From the NCBI RefSeq assembly GCF_001194135.2, contig NC_068991.1, positions 47,362,714-47,426,713 of the forward strand: 64,000 nt of DNA, read 5' to 3'. The translations under genes and the position numbers were made by a program. Shown here piece by piece: positions 37,749 to 50,906 of this stretch. The stretch's first letter is position 1. The number at the start of each line of letters is the position of its first letter. The notes beneath the pieces were generated by a model that was not told the DNA's origin, made no database searches, and worked only from the letters and a program-made list of their open reading frames with translations. The stretch is from Octopus bimaculoides. Taxonomy: Eukaryota.

Positions 37749-38340
37749 CACACACACATACATAGACACAAAAAAGGATTTTTAAAAAATCTTTTTTACT
37801 TGCTTCGCTCATTATACTGGGGCATCACTGCCTTGAAGGGTTTTAGTGAAGTAAATTGATTCCATGGTCTCTTACACCAAACTGATAAGTTATGAAGATG
37901 TAAACAAACCAACACTGGTCATCAAGCAATGGTGAGGAACAAACACAAATACAAACATACACACACACACATATACAATGGGATTTTTTCAGTTTCCACC
38001 TACCAAATCCCTCAACAAGAATTTGGTCAGCCCAAAACATAACTTATACTCTAAGCTATTTGCCCATGGTGCCATGCAGTTGAACTGAATGCAGAACTAC
38101 ATGATTGAGAAGCAAACTTCTTATTTCTTTATTGCCCACAAGGGGCTAAACATAGAGGGGACAAACTAGGACAGACAAAGGGATTAAGTCGATTAGATCG
38201 ACCCCCAGTGCGTAACTGGTACTTAATTTATCGACCCCGAAAGGATGAAAGGCAAAGTTGACCTCGGCGGAATTTGAACTCAGAGCGTAACGGTTCTGCC
38301 AGCTTGCTGCCTTCTTACCACACAACTACACCTATATATA

Positions 38341-39219
38341 TGTGGTCTGATCAATAAGTATCCAGACTGTTGCCAAAGTAATGAAGCTAAAGCACGCAGA
38401 GTGAAGCTACTTGGTATAGATTGATCTTGAACTCTGCTGTGTATGCACACTAAGTTTTAACGTTCTAGCTCACTTCCACTGTTTACAACAGTGCTTGGAA
38501 GAAAGGTGTGTAGCATGTGACCGTTGCATTGACCATGACAGAGAAAGTTGAGCAGAGAATCTATCAAATTTTATCAAAAGCTTGGCAATACCTGCTCAGA
38601 GGCCTACGCAAAGTTTTCAAAAAGTTTTCATCATTCTTGACACAATCAAGATTTTGTGAAATAGAAACCCGAGTGTCTTTTTGGTCAGCTGAAAGCAGTT
38701 CTGGCACAAACTTGGCAGACACGCGTCTCATACCCAAATGTTTAGTGATAATGGACTGAACTGAACCTTAACTAATCTGTACACCCTCTGAAAACTCATG
38801 GATGGTGATTCGACGATTTCCCCTCACAGCTGCATGTGCATCTGCAATGTTTATCTCAGTTCTGCTGGTTGCGGGTCTCCCAGAACGTTCGTCAATATCG
38901 ACATTTTTCAGCCATCTTGGAAACATCTGAACCAGTAGTACATTCATGTGCGACTCATACACTCCTCTCCATACACTTTCTGCAACTTTGTGTAGGCCTC
39001 TGAGCAGGTATCGCCATGACAGCTTTCTCTGTCATGGTCACTGTGATGATCACACACAACACACACTTCTGCTGTTTACAGCGGAAGTGAGCTAGAACTT
39101 TAAAACTTAGTGCACATGCAAAGCAGAGTTCAAGGTCAATCTTTGCCAAGCGGCCTCACGCTATGCGCATTAGCTTCGTTACTATGACAACAGTCTGAAT
39201 ACTTATTAATCAGACCTTG
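38341..39219. mobile_element. Mariner derivative with two 5' ends (long inverted arms)
   Basis: TA flanks. About 38341-38612 and 38980-39219 are inverted copies of TIR + 5' leader + transposase start (MTEK). The centre carries minus-strand transposase (DERSGRPATSRTE..NRRITI, LGMRRVSAKFVP). Confidence 0.85.
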
Positions 39220-39250
39220 TATATATAAACACACATACACTTGCACACAC

Positions 39251-39760
39251 ACATGTACACTTTGGTTTGGAGCTGGGATCATAAACTGACAAAAGAAAGA
39301 ACTGAAGAACATGGATACAAAGACAAGGAAAATATTGACAGGGCAGGGAGCATTCCATCCCAACAGTGACACTAATAGGTTGTACTTGTCCAGAAGAAAG
39401 GGTGGGAAAGGTTTGACCAGTTGCCAGGATTGTGTAGAAACAGAGAAGAACAGCTTAGAATGATATGTAAAAAATGCCGTGGAACCATTGCTGAAGTAGG
39501 TGCATAAGTCCAGCATCATCAAATCTGATAGTTGTGTAAAGAAAGAAAAACTTAAAGAACTCAAAAATAGAAACGGCATGGAAGGAAAAAAAAAAGTACG
39601 GTCAGTTTGCAAGAGATACAAATGCCAAGACAGATATTGCAGAACTTATATGCATGGCACAAGAACAAGCATTAAGGACAAACTATGCAATCCTGAAGAA
39701 CTGCTTGAAACATCCAAAAGCTCTACTCTACACAGCATGTTAACTTCATTTTGAAATGGC
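39251..39760 (+). mobile_element. R4/Dong-like LINE RT fragment
   Basis: Frameshifted remnants FGAGIIN..KEELKNMDTKTRKILTGQGAFHPNSDTNRLYLSRRKGGKGL and GQFARD..LICMAQEQALRTNY. Confidence 0.72.
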
Positions 39761-40989
39761 ATTTAAAAGTATATAAAAACAAAAATTGTAACAAAATAAA
39801 AAAAAATCTATATACCATTTGAATGTGTATGGTAGTTCTGAATCACCATGCGTGCACGTGCACACACACACACACACGTCTATATAATAATTGCAGACCA
39901 AGCTGTGTCACGAAGTTTCCTCTGGAACTGGTTGGTTAGGAGTTAGGTGTTCAGTGCACAAATACTGTTATCTCGCTTCCTCTACTTATGAGTGGGGTCA
40001 GTAGATGAAAAGCAGAAGCTCATCATATGCGTATTATGTGTGTGTGGTGTATTTTCCCTTGTCTTGACATGCATGCTGATCATAAACAAAAGCCTCACTA
40101 TTCATATAAATGGTGTCATTTGTTTTCAGTCTTTTTGTGAAAGCATTCCAAGCTGTTTGTTGTTTGACAGACTAGGGAAATTATTAGCTTACTTGGAAAC
40201 AGGTGAGTGTTGGTATGAGAAAGTGCAGCAACCTTGGAAGAATTCTACCTCAATGGAGTTTCACCCAACCCATGCAAGCATGGGAAAATAGATGTTAAAA
40301 CAATGATGCACACACACACATATATAAATAAATGGATATAAATAGAAATCCAGAGAAATTGCAGCTAATCTCATTTTACCCTTTAGTTCCTGTCTTGTTC
40401 TAATTTTCCTTCCATCAGTTTTGCCCACACTCTCTTCATCTCTCTCCCCACTTCCTTCCCCTTTTCTCCCTCTCTCACAAAGTTTCTCACACTACATCCT
40501 GTTTATGCATGTACTCTTGTGTGGCTTTACAGTCCCCCAAACAGTCACTACCAGTGATATAAAACACTTCCCTCTTCCCTTCTCTTTTATCTCAGACTGG
40601 AAGAACAACTTTGCCCAAAACATCAGTAACTCTATTCTCCATGGTATATTTGCAAAGTCTTAAAATTTGTACTGTTACTTTTCCTAATATATATGGAGTT
40701 ATTTCAGAAACAAATCCAAAGGTAATAGTTTTAAAGGCCGATTTGTTTCTTTAGCATTCTGCTAGTTATATTGACTTGATTTTGGGGCCACTGAGATGTT
40801 TTATACTCATCTTCTATGTTCAACATCCACAGTAATACCATGTGTGGTTTAGTTTAAACTGTAATTAACCAAGAGAGGTTCTTAGTCTACTATGTTGAAA
40901 GATAAATCATATATGTCTAGTTGGTATTTGTAGACTATTATTTGGAAATACGTCAAACCAAATGAAATCATAGTCATAGCCAATGTCAG

Positions 40990-41318
40990 TGTCGCACACA
41001 CCTGGCGCATAAAAAAGCATCCTTCAAACTTCGGGCCTCATGGAGGCAGTGACAAGTGACCAAGACCTTTGGCAATATATTGTGCTTGAGAAGACCTCTC
41101 AAGCCAAGTGAGATTGTAGTCATGGCCAATGCCAGTGTTATATAACTAGCACCTGTGCCTGTGGCATGTAAAAAGCACCCTCTACACTCTTGGAGTGGTT
41201 GGCATTAGGAATCATGCCAAACTAGATTGGAACCTGGTGCAACTCCCAAGTTTACCAGTTTCCAGTCAAACTGTCCAACCCATGCCAGCATGGAAAACGG
41301 ACATTAAATGATGATGAT
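40990..41318 (+). mobile_element. 5'-truncated copy of the same RTE 3' end
   Basis: LMEAVTSDQDLWQYIVLEKTSQAK* plus the same UTR and (GAT)n tail. Further copies at about 520-770, 27310-27382, 30455-30615, 43215-43503 and 58520-58640 (+), and 53876-54040, 55640-55770 and 56431-56615 (-). Confidence 0.8.
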
Positions 41319-41465
41319 GGTATGTATGTATGTATACCATTTGAATGTGTATGGTAGTTATGTAAAGAAAGAAAAACTTAAGAAGAACTCAAAAATAGAA
41401 ACGGCATGGAAGGAAAAAAAAGTAGTCTATATATATATATACATATATATATGTAGGTTTATATA

Positions 41466-41496
<31 letters not shown>

Positions 41497-41499
41497 ATG

Positions 41500-41551
<52 letters not shown>

Positions 41552-42588
41552 TGTATGTGTGTGTGATGTAACTGAGGAAGACCATCACTGAACACTGCCC
41601 ATGCAAAACGCCAGCAACACCTGTGCATGAGGTTATTATACACAGCAGTTGGCTTCACCCAGGTCTGCACCTGTGGATTCCATGCTCACTGCAAAGTAGG
41701 TAAAGCCTGCCTACTTGACCAGGCATCGTGTAGTTGTCTCACCAATGATTGCACAACCTAAACTTTTAGGTCCAATAAAGCTTGCAAAGCACCTCAGAAA
41801 CCTTTGCCACCCTACGGACATGATCCAGAGACAAACCAGGGTAAGATATCCAATGCCAATATGGATTGCAGGCTGAAGAAAGTGGGAGCACCATGATCTC
41901 AAGTGCAAGTAAAAGTCCCCCAAAATGTTCAATGCCATTTCCCTGCATATCTGGTTTTATATTAGAGTGACCTTCTCCTAGAGACATGCTTTAATAAAAG
42001 TTATTGGGATGCCTTACTCCCAGTGGTCTTCCAGTAAGCCAGACACCAACCTGATCTCTTTGAAAGCCCATGCTAGTGCTAGATAGTGCTAGAATCTATA
42101 CCAGGTTCATTGGTCTTGCTTTTAACCCTGCTGGGTTTCCAGCAACCCTCCTTACCAAGCAAGTCTAGCTGAGGTGCCAGTTTAGTCGCTGACAACCCGA
42201 CTATGCCACAGGTTGTACTGGATTCCATATTAACAGCAGCACTCATGAGAGATCACAAGTGACATGACGAAGATGATGATGATGTATGATTATCGTCATC
42301 TTTGTCTTAATGTCCATTTTCCAAGCTTGGGTGGGTCAAACAGAATATGTTGAGGCAGGTTTTCTATAGTTAGACACCCTTCCTATCACCAAATGTCACC
42401 TGTTTCCAAGCAAAGTAACATTGCCCCCATCTTCAGGTATGTCTTTTCATGAAAGACTGGAAACAAATAACATCACTTGTATAACCCTGACTCTCCTTTA
42501 CAATCACATGATGTCAAGACAGGGGTACACACGCACATACATGATGGACTTCTTTCAGTTTCCTCTCTACCAAAATTCACCCACAAGG

Positions 42589-42623
<35 letters not shown>

Positions 42624-44240
42624 NNNNNNNNNNNNNNNNNNNNNNNNNNNNNNNNNNNNNNNNNNNNNNNNNNNNNNNNNNNNNNNNNNNNNNNNNNNNN
42701 NNNNNNNNNNNNNNNNNNNNNNNNNNNNNNNNNNNNNNNNNNNNNNNNNNNNNNNNNNNNNNNNNNNNNNNNNNNCCAATCTAATTTATATATATATATA
42801 TATATAGATATGTGTGTGTGTATATATAAATATATATATTTATATGTATGTGTGCTTTTCTATTTATTTTGCAAGATTCTTGATGCAAGAACATATATTG
42901 CAACAAATGTTATATCTTGGGAGATCATTTTGCTAATAAGACACACACACACACACACAACACAATGTTACATGAAGCCATATACATACATACATATAAT
43001 AGAACAAAGAAAAGTTAATTGAAAATGCAAGAGAAATTAGCAATTACTTCACTACTGCTTCCACCACCTGGACATAAATCCTCCCACTGCCACCCTCACT
43101 GATGAGTGTAGCCATATGTGGATGCATACCAGTATTTATATGGCATGTTATGAGAATGCTTTCATTTCCACGAATCTTTGATTCTAGACACTTCCATTTC
43201 TACTCATTTTTCAACTTATTTTAAGAATATCATGACCCTTGGTGATTTGCAGGGCTTGAGAAGACTTGTCAAGCCAAGTGAAATCATAGTTGTGGCCGGT
43301 GCCAGTGACACATAAAAGCACCTGTGCTGGTGACATGCAAAAAGCACCCAGGTGAGTGGTTGGTGTTAGGAAGAGTATCCCAGCCATAAAAACCAAGCCA
43401 AATTCAGCCTGGAACCTAGCACAGCTCTCCGACTTACCATTTCCAGTCAAACAATCTAACCTGTGCCAGCATGGAAAGAGGACACTAAATGATGATGATG
43501 ATGAAAAATTAAGAAAAGGTATTCATAGTTATCTAACCCTGTATTTTTATTTAATTTGCTTGAATTAGATATAAGTCTTTCACACAATCATGAAATATCC
43601 CATTGAGTAAACATCAGTAGTACAGTGCATTCGACACTGGACTACTTATAAATATAGTGGAAAGCAATTTCATTTCTCACATTTCAAGTGAAATGTACTG
43701 GTCTTCTATTAAATGAGTATGCCTTCATTAAGTACAATTCTACATTACTTATGGTTACTTTCCAGTCCAAGCAATGCCAAGCATTCTGTTAGTATATATT
43801 TATGCTGACATAGCCACTACTACCACCACGCTTACACAAGTTAGATGAAATTGTGTTGAGACAGCTTTTCCAATGGCCAGATAACGAATTGCTATAAATG
43901 TACTGGAAAACAAATTTCATTTCTGACATGGAAGATAACTTTTTGAAGAGAAATTCAACCCTGTTCTTTAAACTGGTCATACCTTCATTAAGAAAAATTT
44001 ATAGCTGCTTTTCATCCCAAATAGTACTAGGTATTCTGCCAGCACACGCACACACGATTACATATACATGCACACACATACTAAAACCCTTTTGTTACCA
44101 TATTTCTGTTGATATGAACATCATTTGTTTCAAATAATTTTGAAAATAACAAAGAATTTAGTAAAATAATTTTGTCATTAGTATGATGTTGTTTGGAGCA
44201 GCATATGTTAACATGAAATTTTGATGGAAGGTTTTAATTT

Positions 44241-44409
44241 GGATCACTTGGCTGTGTGGTAAGTATCTTGCTTACCAACCACATGGTTCTGGGTTCAGTC
44301 CCACTGCGTGGCACTTTGGGCAAGTGTCTTCTACTGTAGCCTCGGGCCGACCAAAGCCTTCTGAATGGATTTGGTAGACAGAAGCTGAAAGAAGCCCATC
44401 GTATATATG

Positions 44410-44472
<63 letters not shown>

Positions 44473-44675
44473 ATATGTGTGTGTTTGTCCCACCAACTTC
44501 ACTTGACAACTGATGCTGGTGTGTTTTCGTCCCGTAACTTAGCGGTTTGGCAAAAGAGACCGACAGAATAAGTACTAAGCTTACAAAGAATAAGTCCTGG
44601 GGTTGATTTGCTCGACTAAAGGCAGTGCTCCAGCATTGCCGCAGTCAAATGACTGAAACAAGTAAAAAAGTAGAG
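44241..44675 (+). mobile_element. tRNA-derived CORE-like SINE, family C, with internal (TA)n/(TG)n microsatellite
   Basis: Head tggctgtgtggtaag..gggttcagtcc, CORE-like ggcactttgggcaagtgtcttct, microsatellite at about 44402-44485, tail gactgaaacaagtaaaa. Other copies at 7025-7870 (+), and 37900-38330, 47990-48153 and 48600-48910 (-). Confidence 0.82.
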
Positions 44676-46259
44676 AGTTTCTAGCAACACAAAGAAATGC
44701 TTTAACTGGTTAAGGATGAAATTACCAGTTTATCAAATCAATAGTGAATCAGAGCACCCACACCCACCCGCATTATTGATGGATTTCACTTCCTGTTCAA
44801 TGGAGCCTGAAAGTCTACCTCAGATTTCAATTTGTTCAGCAATTTCCCCAACTCATACACTATTTTTGCTAATAGTGGTGTAGTTGCAGTACAAGAATAC
44901 TTGAACTTCAAATCCTCTTTGACTTAGGTTTAAGCTCATTAAGATTACTAGAGATGGCTTTCATGCAAAATGTTTAAACAGTTTTAAACCAAAGGAAGAG
45001 CTTCTTTGTATCAATCACTCTTTAAGAAATAGAATCCAAATATCCCTCAAATCACACCTACTCTCTTACAAGAAAAGAAAAAGAAGACAGTTTTAAATCC
45101 ATTAGCTGAATAAAAGTTAGAATGATCATAGCTGGAACCCCTGCTCCATCAAGTTTAACTTCAAACATAACAACAATGAAAAGCTAGTACAGATTCAGAT
45201 AAGATGAAACAGGTTATTATGATATACGTTTGACCCAGTCAACAGAAAATTAGTGACTACTAAAGATAATTTTAGGGGCATCTTACAAAGCCACCTCTAC
45301 TTTATACACCCTTGCTCATATTTATAAGGCAGCAGTTTGACAGAATAGAGCATCAGATAGAATGCTTTGGGATTCTCTGCACTCTGAGTTCAAATCCTGT
45401 CAAGGTCAATTTCGCTTTACATCCATTTGGGTGTTGATAATGAAGTGACAATACTACAATTCTTATTTCTGGAAGAAAGCACATTCGGCCAGATTCAGAG
45501 AGAGCTTAAGCACATATCTAGATACACACACATGTATGTATTCATGCATGCAATGAAATGCAAATACCTCCTAAAATCCAAAGGCTTTTCAGGTCCAGTG
45601 CTTAGTTCTGGTTTTAAGGTACAAAAAAGGGAAAGAGAGAGAGAGATAGACCCCACTGAATAATGCTAATCTATTGCAGGTAACATTCCTAAATAACTCG
45701 GTATCTCTCTGTAGCAAGATGTCGATAAAGAGAGAAGCTGAAAGTTGTTTGTCCATACATAGTAGGGAACACTTTTTTTTTTGAAAATTGAAGTGCAACA
45801 TGGGACTGGAGTAAACCCTTCAAAGTGGTATCCCAACATGGCCACAATGCAATGACAAAGACTAGTAGAAGAACAAAAGCTTTTAATACTATAAATTCTA
45901 AACACAAAGTGTGTCTCCCACCCCCACCAAACTGTGTGTGTGTGTGTGTGTGCAATCTTATATATTTGAGAAGTTTAGGGTATGTACATCCATTTTCTCT
46001 GCCCCTCAACCTCTTTCATTTGTATGCAGCTATCACTAGCTCTTCTGTTCTCACTACAGTACTAAATCTATATGTTTTACTATTATAATTCCTCTTGCTG
46101 CTCTTTATTTGAAAACTTTCCCAATTCAAGCCTTTCTCATTCCTTTCTTCCACCCAATTCTACTTCTCTCTATTCTTGATTAATGTAGAACTGTTGCTAA
46201 TAATGTTGCTATGCACATCAGAAATTGATGTACCAATTGATTTTAACTTAAGCAGGAAA

Positions 46260-47900
46260 TTATATTTTGTGAATGGGAGTTCCCATTTCAGTCGCAAAGA
46301 AATATAGTCTTTTATCCTAAATTTGCTATAAATGCTGCTTCCATCACTATGCTACAGAAAAAGAGGGTTTGCTATATGCACACATTTTGATCTGGTTAAC
46401 AATTAAGATACATTCCAATCAAGCTGATTTCATCATATCTACAGATCTCCTCTGCATTATTAAAACCCAGCCGATTCATGGTCTCTGTTGGGAACTCATC
46501 ATGAATTCACTTTGCATGGAAGACAATAACTGCACCAAATGGTTTCCATTTGTCACAGAGACCCAAACAAGTGAAGATGGTTATCCCTTCTACAGATAAA
46601 AGAGCATCATAAGTTGGAAGCTTTGAAAACTTGGTCGGACAGCAGGAAATGGGCAACAAATGGATAGCTCCCGACAATGTATTCCTGACCAAGACATAAG
46701 GTACATGTTAATTTTGAATCCTGCAATTCAATAAGGTTAATCAAATATACTTGTAAATATGTTATCAAGAGATCTAAAATTACAGTGTTTGCCATGAGAA
46801 AAAAAAATAACGGCAAAGAAGTTACCAAATTCCAACAGGGACAATGTATCAGCAGTTATGAAGTTTTCAGGTGCTTTTTTTGTCTTTACCATTCATAAAG
46901 ATACTCTAGGATTCAACAAGTTCATTTCAAGATCTTCAAACTGTAAGTGAGAAAGTTTGTACAACCAATAGAGAGAGATGTTTGAACTTGGGTTGCTGTG
47001 AAAACTGATGTCCAGTGGAATTTAATGTAGAGAGAAGTTTTACTGAAACCTCCAGGTGTACTACCATGCAGACATCAGCTAGAAAAAGGATCCTCAATAC
47101 TGCTACAGTGTAATTAAGATCAGGTGTGCTTATGCAAAAGCACAAGACTAATGATTAGAAAATTTATGCTATATGTCATTGATATACTATTATTTTCAGC
47201 AGGTACACCAAGGGAGGAGATGCAATTATATCAAGAATTCCATACATACCTACAAATGTACCCTTTCAATTTAGACAAATTCAGTTTCCAGAACACCTAA
47301 GCTTTGCCCAGTTCATCAATAAATAACAAACTTTGACAGTTGTTGGACTGCTTTGCAAATTTTATGAAGAATGCTTATGTCTATCACTCTAAATAAAGTT
47401 AGTGATTAATGACTTGAGGGTAAGAGCTGGATAGACTCAGGCTACCCAAAACAGTTTAGAGAAAGGAGAGACAGAAACTTTAAAGATCCATTGAAGAATT
47501 AGAAATTCAGATAGGTTTGAGTTGAGACATTAAACAAAAAGGAAGAGGAGATGGAAACTTATAACATAGACGACAACTGGGAGTTCCTTCGCGAAAAACT
47601 ACCATGGGCTATAGATCAAATTTGTAACTGGAGTAATGCCTCAACCAGATAGAAGGTGATTTAGTGGTGGAATACTACTGCTGATAACACCACAAAAGAG
47701 ACAGCTTCGAAAGACTGAAAGTGGCAGCAGAGTACTATACCAAGTGACTAGAAGGGAAATTGAGAGGACTGTTAATGTTCTACAGCATGAGGTGTTCCAT
47801 GATTCAAAGCAGAGTCAACTCTTGTTTTGAAGGATAATGACATGCCTGCTCTTACATTAAAAACAAAGCAGCATGGAAAAGCCTGGCTGTGTAGACAGTT
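46260..47900 (+). mobile_element. Helitron Rep(-helicase) remnant in ZNF839-like intron 1; boundaries approximate
   Basis: Decayed Rep motifs in the expected order: QK-RG..L-YAHILIWL (EWQKRGLPHAH), HG-C...NSLCMEDNNCTKWFP..SEDGYPFYR (HGPCG..PCM..C.K.YP..DGYP.YRRR), NKWIAPDN, SIRLIKYTCKYV, EVTKFQQGQCISSYE. Confidence 0.8.
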
Positions 47901-48021
47901 GAAAAGAACACTTTTAACAAAAAAAAAATTAAATGATAGCATTGTAATTGTGGGTGGGCCCCCTTAGACTCCAGGCAACCAATGTTTTTAGACTCAGTCT
48001 GCTACCGTGTATGTATGTATG

Positions 48022-48061
<40 letters not shown>

Positions 48062-48367
48062 CTTTCACTTGTTTCATTCATGTGACTGCAGCCATGCTGG
48101 AGCACCACCTTGAAGGGTGTTAGTCGAAGAAATTGACCCCAGGACTTATTCTTNNNNNNNNNNNNNNNNNNNNNNNNNNNNNNNNNNNNNNNNNNNNNNN
48201 NNNNNNNNNNNNNNNNNNNNNNNNNNNNNNNNNNNNNNNNNNNNNNNNNNNNNNNNNNNNNNNNNNNNNNNNNNNNNNNNNNNNNNNNNNNNNNNNNNNN
48301 NNNNNNNNNNNNNNNNNNNNNNNNNNNNNNNNNNNNNNNNNNNNNNNNNNNNNNNNNNNNNNNNNNN

Positions 48368-48401
<34 letters not shown>

Positions 48402-50906
48402 ATGAAGATAGTTTTTCATAGTCCAAGAGACACAGTTCTGCAATTTCTTGTTGGACAACCTGCATAAATGATTTGTTTATAGTGATCAAATGTTTGTGCT
48501 GTATATTATTTGCTCACACCTTCCATCAAATCAATGTTGCCCGAACAAGTACATAGTATACCACATGTCAGGTGTCAAAGTGATCACAGAGCAACATGAG
48601 GTGAATTGTTTGCTCAAGAACACAACAGACCAACTTGTTCAGGAATGGAAACCATGATCTAACCACTAGGCCATGTGCCCTCCCCCCACCACCACACACA
48701 CACACACACACATACATGATAGACTCCTGTCTACCAAATCCACTCTCAAGGCTTTGGTCAGCCCATACTATACCAGAAGACATTTGCCCAAGGTACCATG
48801 TAGTGGGACTGAACTCAGAAGCATGTGGCTGGGGAAGCAAACTTCTTTATTTCATTAAAATTCGCCAATGGAGGCGTTACAGAGAGGGGCCAAACTTCTT
48901 ACCACACAACCACATATGTGTGTATGTGTATATGTGTGTGTACACATTCAGGCCCCTTTTAAATTTCTGTAGACGGTATCACTGGCAAGCAACTGAGAAA
49001 TCAATAATCACTACTGCACGATTCTATTTGTAAAACAAACATCACCACAGATTACCTAAATACATAACCTTACATTAAATAATCTCTTTAATACCGCTAT
49101 GTTTTGTTATTATTATACGGATGTGATTAGTAGAAGTGTCAGAGAGCACTGCAGCATTTAGTTCTGCTCCTTGATGTTCTGAGTTCATATCTCACCAAGG
49201 TCAACTTTGCGTTGCACCGTTTCAGGGCCGATAAAATGTAGCATCAGCCACGTACGCAAGTTGATAGTATTGACTGACCCCCGTCCCCTCAAAACTGCTG
49301 GCATTGTGCCTAAATTCGAAACAGTTATTGCGGGCGATAGATTGGCAGAATTGTTAAAGCGTCATACAAAATGCATTGCAGTATTTAGTTACGTCTCTTA
49401 ATGCTATGAGTTCCAATCTTGCAGTGGTCAATTTTGCAGTTCGAGGTTGATAAAATGAAGTAGCAGTCAACTACTGGGATCAATGAGATCAACTAATTCT
49501 CTCCCCTCAAAATTGCTGGTCTTGCATCGAAATTAGAAATCATTAGATAGGAACTTCGAATAATCTGACGTACTAGAATGGATGGGCAGTGGCCCCTCAC
49601 TCTAATATATATAAAAAAAAAAATGTTTATATTTCTTTATTCATCTAACAAGTTATTATGAATGTATGTATACATATTCCTTATTCACAATCAATTTGTT
49701 AGAGACGATGATATTCATCTTACAAAAATAACAACATAAACAATTTAAATTTCTGAACAGTTTTCTTGGTGATGAGTTCGCTTTTCTTTTAGTGGTTGCT
49801 TGTTTGGGTTTCACTCAACTAGAACTACTCTTAAGATGAGTTAAATACTCTCTTGTGAAAAAGAATATTGCGCTCTTCCCAAACTCATATAATCGCAACA
49901 AACTACCTTTACGTCTCTCATATTTTTGACATTTGTATGTAGCACGAGTGCAACCGAGTGTTGTGCGCATGCATACAGGCACACACACACACAGCAACCT
50001 TATATTTGTATTCTCACACACTGAAAGAAAGTGGGGTGGTAGTGGTGGTCAGTGTCTAATCATGTAAGTCTCAATATAATCCCAACTCCCAAAGAAATTA
50101 ACGTCATACAATGAACAACGTTAATTTTTGCACATGTATTCAAAATACTGGCTCTCATCTTTTGAGTGGATTAGATTTCAGGTGCAAAAAAAAAAAAATG
50201 AGGGAAAATAGATTTTTACTTCCAATTTAACAAACAAATGGACAAAATGTTGAGTTACGAAAGTGATGAGAGAAAAATGAAAACAGCGGATGGATCCTAA
50301 CAGAAACTCCTTATCTTATCCATAACTGTTCTACAAAAACCCTTCTCTCTTAGTGTTAACAGAGTTAAGAGCTGGGGTAATAACAAATATGAAGTATTGA
50401 AGCCACATGCAGACAAATGGAAAAGAGTATTGCGTAATATTTGCAAATCTTTCAAAAATAACTTATTTCCCAGACTAGCCCTTTTCCATAAAGGATTGTA
50501 TTACTTATTTATTGATTAATCTTTTCTCGATCCCTTGTCACTGTACGAGGAAATAAGTGTAAACTCGGAACTTAAATGGGACACCAAATGAAATCTTGTT
50601 CGTCCTGTTAGTTTAACTAACGTCAGCACAGTTTGAACAAACGCATGATTAAAGGCATATCATCCTATATGTTCAGGACTATGTAACACCAACTACATTA
50701 ACGTATTCTTTTCATATGAGTGTTTTGAGGGAATTTTGGTTGCTCTTTCTCGCAGATCGAATGACCACGTAAAAGTTTTCCCCACCATGTCGAAGCCATA
50801 GACCTTATAATCAAATATAGATATGGAATGATAACGAATAACAGAGATGTTTTTGATGAAGCCAACAGAAAGAAAGCTTGTGAATACTATCGATTATTAA
50901 ACTTAC

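Noticed and set aside
43780-43990. Possible Harbinger/hAT transposase fragment (IRYLAIGK)
   Set aside because: Single weak motif with no supporting neighbours or termini.
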